Shown one piece after another: positions 42,701 to 51,700 of a stretch of DNA of 64,000 nt. The stretch is from contig CAYOQI010000004.1 of the NCBI GenBank assembly GCA_964406075.1, forward strand, positions 57,718-121,717, read 5' to 3'. How positions within the stretch are numbered: the first letter of the stretch is position 1; every line of letters starts with the position of its first letter. This stretch comes from an uncultured Pseudomonadales bacterium (GTDB lineage: Bacteria; Patescibacteriota; Microgenomatia; UBA1400; PJMF01). The notes below the pieces were generated by a model that saw nothing but the letters and a program-made list of their open reading frames with translations, was not told the DNA's origin and did not search any database. The position numbers were made by a program, and so were the translations under genes.

Positions 42701-45700
42701 ACAATGAACTCGGAGCCACAGATAGAAGTGTTATCTTTAACGTCTCGGGATCGCAGTCAGAAGATATTGTCTACACTCTTCCTCCTGATAATGGAGCTGC
42801 TGACAACTATGTTCTTACCACTGATGGGTCAGGTGTGTTGCAGTGGGAATCAGTTTCCGGAGCTGGTGGCGGAACAGGTGATGTTACCGATATCGTTGCT
42901 GGCAACTACATTGATGTTCAAAATGCTGGTGGCCCAAGCCCAACCGTGGACTTTGATCCAACTGAACTTGAAAGTGTGACCTGGGGAGCACAAACTGGTG
43001 CTTCATTTACCTGGACGTTTAATGCTTCATCTGGCACTGATACCAGTATCGCCTTTGCGGATGGCAGTATCTCCCCCACACTCGCTGCAACTGGACTATT
43101 CAATGTCTTAACTGGAAATTTGAAGGTCGGAAATGGAACACCTGGACTTTCGCTCGATGGTGAAGATGCATATATTGAAGGCACTTTTGAAGTGGACGGC
43201 GCATCTCAATTTGATGGTGCTTTGACAACTAATGGAACGTTAACCGCAAACGGCCAGTTCACACTCGGAGATAATGGTGATACTGGGGCTATTAATACCT
43301 CAGATTGGGATATTTCTACTACTGGTAGTCTCACAGGAATTTCTGGAATTGCGAATGACGGAAGCTATACCCAAACCGGATCAAGTGCAAATGCATTTAC
43401 AGGTGTAACAACATTTAACACTGATGTTGATTTCACCTTCGCTGATACTGAAAATATTGCCATTACTAATACCGTAACAGGCACAAACGGTCTCGATCTT
43501 ATTTCTGCTATTATCACAAATCAAACTTCCTCTGGAACTCAAAGAGGTATTGTTATTTCTAATGCGAACGATGCTGCCAACGCCTCAACTGAGTCATTAA
43601 TCTTCTTAGACAATGCCGAAACTACCGCTTCTACCCTTACAGACGCAATACTCATTACTTCATCTGGTGCTGATGGTGGCATTGTCGATGCCATTGATGT
43701 TTCAGCTGGCAACATCACCAATGCGCTCAATGTCGGTGGGAATAATATCATCGGAACAACAGCAGTCATAAACTTTGATAACTTTGACATTGATGGTTCA
43801 GGAAACCTCGTAACTGCTGGAACATTAACAGCTGCCACGAATGAAACAATTAATGGGGTTGATATCAATGCTGGAACTGTTTCAGATGTGGTGAATTTAA
43901 CAATCAATTCTGGTGGTGACTTAACTATTGGTTCAATCGGTCTCAATGATGTCGGATCAGACAACATCACCTCTGGGGCTTCCCTAGTTGGCATGTTTGA
44001 TGAGTTTGATAACTCTGCGTCCACCACAGTTCAAGATGTTATTGATGACATTGATGCAGCTATCGGGAATCGAACCTACACTGCTGATAACTATGTGACT
44101 GACGGTCAGAGTTTAACCGCTTCGATTGATGCCCTTGATGTTGCTCTTGCTGCTGTCTCCGGTGGTGCGTACACGGGCTGGGATTTAGATGGTGATTCCG
44201 GAACCGCCGAAACCATTGCTAATGGCAATACGGTCAATATCCTCGGTGGCACCAATGGAATTGATACCGTCGTAAGTGCGACTGATACTTTAACTATTAA
44301 TTTAGATACTACGGAAATTGGTACAAGCACTTTTGGATCTGGATCAGGTTTTACTTGGACTTTTGACGCCGGTGCTACTGATCCCACACTTGCCTTTGCA
44401 AGTAACGCCATTACTATCGGGGGTGCTGCTACACTCAACTTTGGCGGTACTCTTGACCTCGGAACAAACACTCTCAGTGATGGCAACTTTAATGGTAACT
44501 GGGCATTTAATAGTGGAAATCTCTCCGGGATTGGAACCATCGGTGCTTCTGGTGCGATTACTGCTGCAACCGATGAGACCATTAACGGCGTTGATATTAA
44601 TGCAGGGACTGTTTCTGATGTGGTGAATTTAACAATCAATTCTGGTGGTGACTTAACTATCGGGTCAATCGGACTCAACGATATTGGTTCAGACAACATC
44701 ACTTCCGGTGCTTCTTTAGTTGGAGTCTTCGATGAGTTTACTAATTCAGATGGTCTTAATGTACAAGATGTCCTTGATGACTTTGATGCTGCTATTGGTG
44801 CAGGTTCTAGTAAATGGACAGACTCTGGTACTGTTACCTACTTAACTTCTACTACTGATGACTTAGCCGTGGGAGGATCCACTGTCCTGGCTTCCATGTT
44901 TGGCATTGATGAATCGGCAGGAAATTTCTACTTTGGCTATGACAACTCAGTTTCCCCTACCTTCAACTTTGAAGCCTCTGATGGTGATGCCGGAGAGTTT
45001 GGTTTTAATACCAGTGATTCCTTCTTCTTTAGTAACGCCTTAGTTGGTATTGGAACTGCAAGTCCAAGCGAACAGCTAGAAGTTGGAGGAAATATCGAGC
45101 TAACTGCTGCAGTTCCTCGTCTTGCGTTTGACAATACGAACGGTGATAACGATTGGTATATACAAGCTTCAGCCACTGGCTTTCAGTTTAGAAACTCATC
45201 TGATAACGTCAACTACCTTTTGATCAATCAAACAGGTCTTGTAAGCATTGGTGGAGATGATTCCCCTGATTATCTGCTAGAACTTTATGATGCCACAGCC
45301 ACTCCTACATTTGCCTTATCTGATGATGATGTTACACACGGACTCACAACACTTGCTCAGACAGATGTGTTTTCTCATCTAACATCACTCTCAACCACAG
45401 CCGGAGGTGCAGAACTTACCACAATCAGTGACACAGATGCTCAAGCACTATCGATCCGAGGCGTGATTGGTTCTACTGACCCGACCGATACGACTCCAGC
45501 AGTTAAGCTTGTAGGTGCAAAGAGTAATGGAACAACCGGTATGGCAGATCTTGGTGCAGCAGAAACAGTATTCCAAGTTGCAAACAATGATGACGCTTCA
45601 GCATTAACAATACTTGGGAATGGAAATGTTGGGATCGGTGATACAACGCCAGCTGCACTTCTGACCGTTGGAACATCAGATGCATTACAAATTGATGCTT

Positions 45701-48700
45701 CTGGAAATGTTGTGACGACTGGAACAGTAACTGCAGCTACGAATGAAACAATTAATGGAGTTGATATTTCAGCAGGAACGGTTTCCGATGTGGTGAATTT
45801 AACAATTAACTCAGGTGGTGACTTAACTATTGGTTCAATTGGTTTGAATGATGTTGGAAGTGACAACATCACTTCTGGAGCATCGCTCGTTGGTGTGTTT
45901 GATGAGTTCACCAACTCAAGCGCAACAACAGTTCAAGATGTCTTAGATGATCTCGATGCAGCAATTGGTGCTGGGGCAAGTAAATGGACTGATGGTGGAG
46001 CTATTACCTACTTAACAGCAACAACAGATGACCTCGCTGTCGGTGCTTCCAACACTCTCACTGCTCCTTTCTCTGTCGATGTCTCTGCCAACTTAGTCAG
46101 AATCGGTACTGGTTCAACAGCCAATGCTCAACTTGACATGTATGCTTCAGATGGCGACACAGGAAGTCTTATTTACAATACTTCAGATCAATTTAACTTC
46201 ACCGGTGGTGATGTCTTGATTGGTCAGGCATTAACAGTAACTGGAACAACTACCGCCAATGGTGCCTTTGATGCCAATGGTCAGTTCGATCTTGGAGATG
46301 GTGGCGATGCTGGAACAATTTCTGCAACTACGCTAGACATTGATGCCACAGGTGCTCTTCAAATTAACTCCTCAGGTGGAGCTATTGGGATTGGTAATGA
46401 TGCTGTTGCTCAAGCAATTAACATTGGCACTGGTGCTGCAGCTCGAACCATCACTATGGGAAACAATACCGGTGCTTCAGCGCTCCAACTTACCTCAGGA
46501 ACTGGCGACATTACTTTGACATCAACTGACGATATCTTATTCACTCCTACTGACGATATGCTCGCAACCTTTGCCGCAGGCTCAGCATTTACTATAGATG
46601 CTGCAACCACTGATACGACAGTAACCGGCGGAGTTCTTGCCCTTGATGTCGATGCTGGAAATGCGGCTGTGATTGGAATTGATTTAGATTTTTCTCAATC
46701 AAGTGGAGCAACGACAGGGACAGATGCTATTGGTCAAAACATCGCTGTTTCAGCCAATGATGCAGATGGTGATGTATTTGGACTTTCAATCCGATCAAAT
46801 GCCACAGCCAATGCTGGAGTGGGTTCTTATGAGGCATTAATTCGACTAATTAATGCTGAAGATACCGCCTCGGCTGTAACAGACGCTATTTTAATTGACT
46901 CAACTTCAGGCGTAGACGGTGACATCATTGATGCGATCGATGTTTCTGATGCAAATATCACCAACGCTTTGAATGTTGGCGCCAACAATATTATTGGTAC
47001 TTCAGCTGTTATCAATTTCTCAAGCTTTGATGTAGATGCTTCAGGAAATACGATAATTGGTGGAACACTCGACGTCACTGGAATTTCAACTCTAGTTGGC
47101 AACTTGAACGCAAACGGTGGTCTTGATGTCGATAACGCATTCGTTGTAGCGGATGGTGGAGTGTTAACCACCTCTCAAACTGCTAACTTTGATGGCACAG
47201 CTGACTTTGATGGTGCTGCCGACTTCTCCGCTGGAGTTACAAACTCTGCAGGTGAATTCTTAGTTTCAGGTGGAAACCTCCAGCTCAATGACAATATTAA
47301 TTTGACGGTTGGAACTGGTGATGACTTAACTATCGTTCACAATGGAACCAACACACTTCTCACTTCCGTAACGGGTGACTTAATCTTTGATAATACTTTA
47401 GTAACTGGTTCTACTATCTTTGATCTTGGAACCGATACCTCTGCAACTGACTTCTTAATTCGAAACAATTCTGGAACTCAACTTCTCAGCATGAACGGTG
47501 CTGGTGCATTCCAACTTGGATCAAATGGTCAAGATGGCCAGTTCATTCTCTATAACGAACTGGGTGGAACTGACTACACAAATACAATTAACCCAAGTGG
47601 TTCTCAATCTCAAAATATTACCTATACCCTCCCTCCAGACGACGGCGGACTAAACTACGTTCTTACCTCAGATGGTAGTGGTGTACTCACCTGGCAGTCT
47701 GTCGGTGGAATCGGAGCTGGTGGAGATTTAACTGACATTGTTGCCGGAAACTACATTGATGTCCAAAATGCTACCGGGCCAAGTCCTACAATAGATTTCG
47801 ATCCAACCGAACTCGAAACCGTGACCTGGGGTGCCCAAGCTGGATCTTCCTTTGCTTGGACATTTAACGCGTCAAGTGGCACTGATCCTGTCATGACATT
47901 TGCCGATAATGCCATCACTCTTACAGCTGCTACCACTACTCTCTCTGGAGATCTTGCGATCAATGGTGGAAATGTCACAACCGCGACCACCTTTGACTCA
48001 ACACTGACAGCAACAGGGACACTTACAGCAAATGGAGCCCTTGATGCTAATGGTCAGTTCGATCTTGGAGATGGTGGCGATGCTGGAACAATTTCTGCAA
48101 CTACGCTAGACATTGATGCCACAGGTGCTCTTCAAATTAACTCCTCAGGTGGAGCTATTGGGATTGGTAATGATGCTGTTGCTCAAGCAATTAACATTGG
48201 CACTGGTGCTGCAGCCAGAACAATCACAGTGGGAAACAATACCGGTGCCTCCGCACTCCAACTCACCTCAGGAACCGGAGACATCAACTTGAATTCTGCC
48301 GATGATATTTTCCTGAGTCCAAGTGATGACCTTACGGCCTTCATCACCGCCGTTGGTCAATTTACTATTGATGCGGCAACAATTGATAGTCAGAATACCC
48401 TCGGCGCATTTAGACTTGATATTGATAGCTCTACATCAGGGACTATTGGATTCTTGACCAACTTTAGAGCTATTGATGATGACGCAGCCGACATTCTCTA
48501 CGCCAATCGTACTGATGTCACAATTCAAGATGATACCACTGCTTCTGACACCGTCTATGGAAATTATATTAGTCTCATTCAGAATGACACCACACCAGCA
48601 ACAACATATGGCTTAGCGGTAGTAGCAGAAGATGCTGGTACTTCCCCTGTCTCTACTGGAATCTTAATTGAAAACTTACAAGCAACTGATATTGATCTCA

Positions 48701-51700
48701 CCGATGGTCTGTTGATCAGAGCAACAACAGATGGTTCATTAGTAGATGCTATTGATGCGTCAGATGCAGAAATTACCAATGCCTTAAATATTGGGGCAAA
48801 CACAATCTTAGGAACAACTGGGGTTATCGATTTCACTAACTTTGATGTTGCAGCTACAGGTGCGCTCTCACTCTCTACCGCCGGAAATACCTCAGCCTCC
48901 TTCACCAGAACATCTGCTGGTCAATGGATGGCATTCAACGATGGCACCGATACTTGGGGTATTTACAACACCGCTGGTAGTCCTGAAGCATCGTTGACCG
49001 CAAATACTGGAGCCCTCGCAATGGATACAACCAATGGAACTCTCTATGTCAAAACTGATGATGGCGATAACACAGGGTGGGTAAACCTCGCTTCCGGTGC
49101 TTCTTCACCTTGGACTGATTCAGGGACGACTTCCTACTTAACCGATACTACAGATGAAGTAGTGATTGGTGGAGCTTCCCCACTTTCCAGTGCCAAATTT
49201 TCAATCGATGGAGATGCGGATCAAACTCAACTACTTGTCCAAGGCAATGCAACTCAAACCACAGACCTCGCAATCTTTGAGAACTCAGCGGGAGCAGATC
49301 AATTCAACTTCAGTAATACTGGAAACTTGATTGCAGCTGGAGACATTACTGCCACTGGTGGAACATTCAACGGTGCATCTGGAGAAAGTATTGACCTCGG
49401 AGTCGCAAGCTCAGATGTCCTCACCTTCACGACTGGAGCCTCAACTGAACTACTCCTTTCCACAACTAACTTAACAGCTGGAACAGCTGAAGGAAACTCA
49501 CTTGGATCTGCAACAGTAGAATGGGAACAACTCTTCCTTGGTGATAACAATGGAATTTCCTTTGGTCTCGATCAAGATTGGTCATTTGGTTATGATGAAG
49601 CTACAGATGATCGACTTGAATTAATCACAGCAGGAACGTCTGGAATGTTAATCCAATCCGCAACGGCTACTGGCAACGGATTAGCACTTACTTTTGATTC
49701 ACTCTCAACCGGTGAAGGACTCTACTTGTCTTCTACTTCAACAGCATTAACATCAGGTGGACATCTTGGTCTCTTCGAGTGGAATCCTGGAAGTGCCAGT
49801 TCGACCACCGCAGATCTGTTTAGTATCAATATTGGAAGTAACGCCACTGTGCTGGGAGATATCTTTAATGTTCAAGATAACGGCTCTGATCTTTTCTCCG
49901 TTGGAGAAGCTCAAATTACCTCTGCTCTTCCCCACTCATTTACCGCAGCCGGCGATGTATCAGTGGCCTACGATCTCCAATTTACCAATCAAACTGCTAG
50001 TTATTTGAAAACATACGGCCCACTTCAGATCGAAGCTGGTGAATCGTTTGAATCAAATAACTTAACGATAAAAACATATAACTCAGGTGACGTCGTCATT
50101 GATCTACCAGCCACCGGCCAAATGATCGTACAAGGTGCGTTCTCAATTGGAGATCAGCAAACACTTCCTGCCGGAACCACACCTTCCGTAGCCGGTGGTT
50201 CACACTACATTGGAAACGCGAATGGATTGATCACCAACTTCACCAGTGGAACTGCAGGTCAGATCCTAGTACTTGAGTTCGATGGAACTTCGACTGACCT
50301 CGACTGTAGCACTGCCGGACCGATTCGTTGTGGAAGTACAGATATCACTACCCAACAAGCAGCCGGTGACATCATTACCTTCATTTATGACGGAACAAAC
50401 TGGAACATGATCGAGTATGTAGCACTGGACGCAGACTCTACAGCTGGAGCTGACCTTGCCGAGTACTACCCCGCTTCTGAACACTTAGAGCCAGGTGACA
50501 TCGTCAGTATTGATTCAACTCAGCCAGTGATGGTGGAAAAATCTCACGAGTCTCATCGTCAACGAATAATGGGTATCGTATCAAGTGATCCAGGATTATT
50601 ACTTGGTGAAGAAGCGGATAATTCTTACCCCATCGCCTTGGCAGGGCGTGTGCATGTAAAAATGTCAGAATCATCTGAAGCTATTCAACCCGGCGACTTA
50701 GTTGGAGTTTCTCAGGAAACCGGAAAAGCCAAAAAAGTAAACTCTGGATATACAGTTGGCCGTGCTCTTGAATCATGGGATCCAAACTCTGGCGATCGAG
50801 ATGTGGTGGTATTTGTGAACTTATCATATATTCCCGTAGATTTAGCTTTAAATAATGATGGTCAAGTCAGCTCAAGCTACTCACTTATTACGACGGATTC
50901 TCTTGAGTACGCGATTCGCGATCTGAACAATGGACAGGATATTCAACAAACCTTAGTCTTGGCCGAATCATTGATTGGACGACTGGAAACCGGAAGTATA
51001 GTTACTCGAGAATTACAAGCTCAAAGTATCGAAACTGAAGACTTCCTCACGAATAACGCCACAGTATCTGGACAACTCAATGCCAACTCTGCAGAAATTA
51101 ACTCATTGAGATTTGAAACCGCCACAGTGGCGGGTCAACTTTTCTTATCAGATGGACGAAGTGTCGGCTCATTACTGGATGAAAATGATGCCTACTTAGC
51201 TTCCCTCTCAGCTCAGACCCAACAACTCGCACAATCATTTAGTGAGCAAACTGTCCCAGGCACATCCACAGCCTTTGATGAATTCCTCGCTCAACTGACA
51301 GGTACAGAAGACGCTTCTCTCTCAGCTGCCTTAGCAGCAATTCAGAATCAAGAAGATATTGAACTCGATGCAGAAAGCATGGTCCTGGCACCAGACGCAG
51401 TCTTTGTCAAAGAATACTTGAATGTCACCGGCTTCACTCAATTAACTACGGCCAGCATTTCTCAATCACTTACTGTGGGAGATGGTTTACTCTTAACTCA
51501 AGATACGATCGCCACAGCAGAGGAAACACTCTATATCCAACCAACTGCCGGATCACTGAACTTACTCGCCGGTTTGATGACACTCACTCCAGATGGAAAC
51601 GTCACGATTAACGGTGATCTGACTGTTACTGGAATCGCTTCCATTACTGATGGAGTGAAAACTAGTCAGCTCTCTCCAAATGACTTTACGCAAGATTTGA

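Noticed and set aside
37617-49550. Numerous 60-200 aa ORFs on the minus strand inside the giant gene (e.g. 43539-44027, 44106-44702, 45441-45914, 46827-47171).
   Set aside because: They lie antisense to a continuous 15.4-kb frame with strong repeat structure. Their Ala/Val/Pro/Ser-rich translations are what the reverse complement of a Thr/Gly/Asp-rich repetitive gene produces. They have no independent start context.
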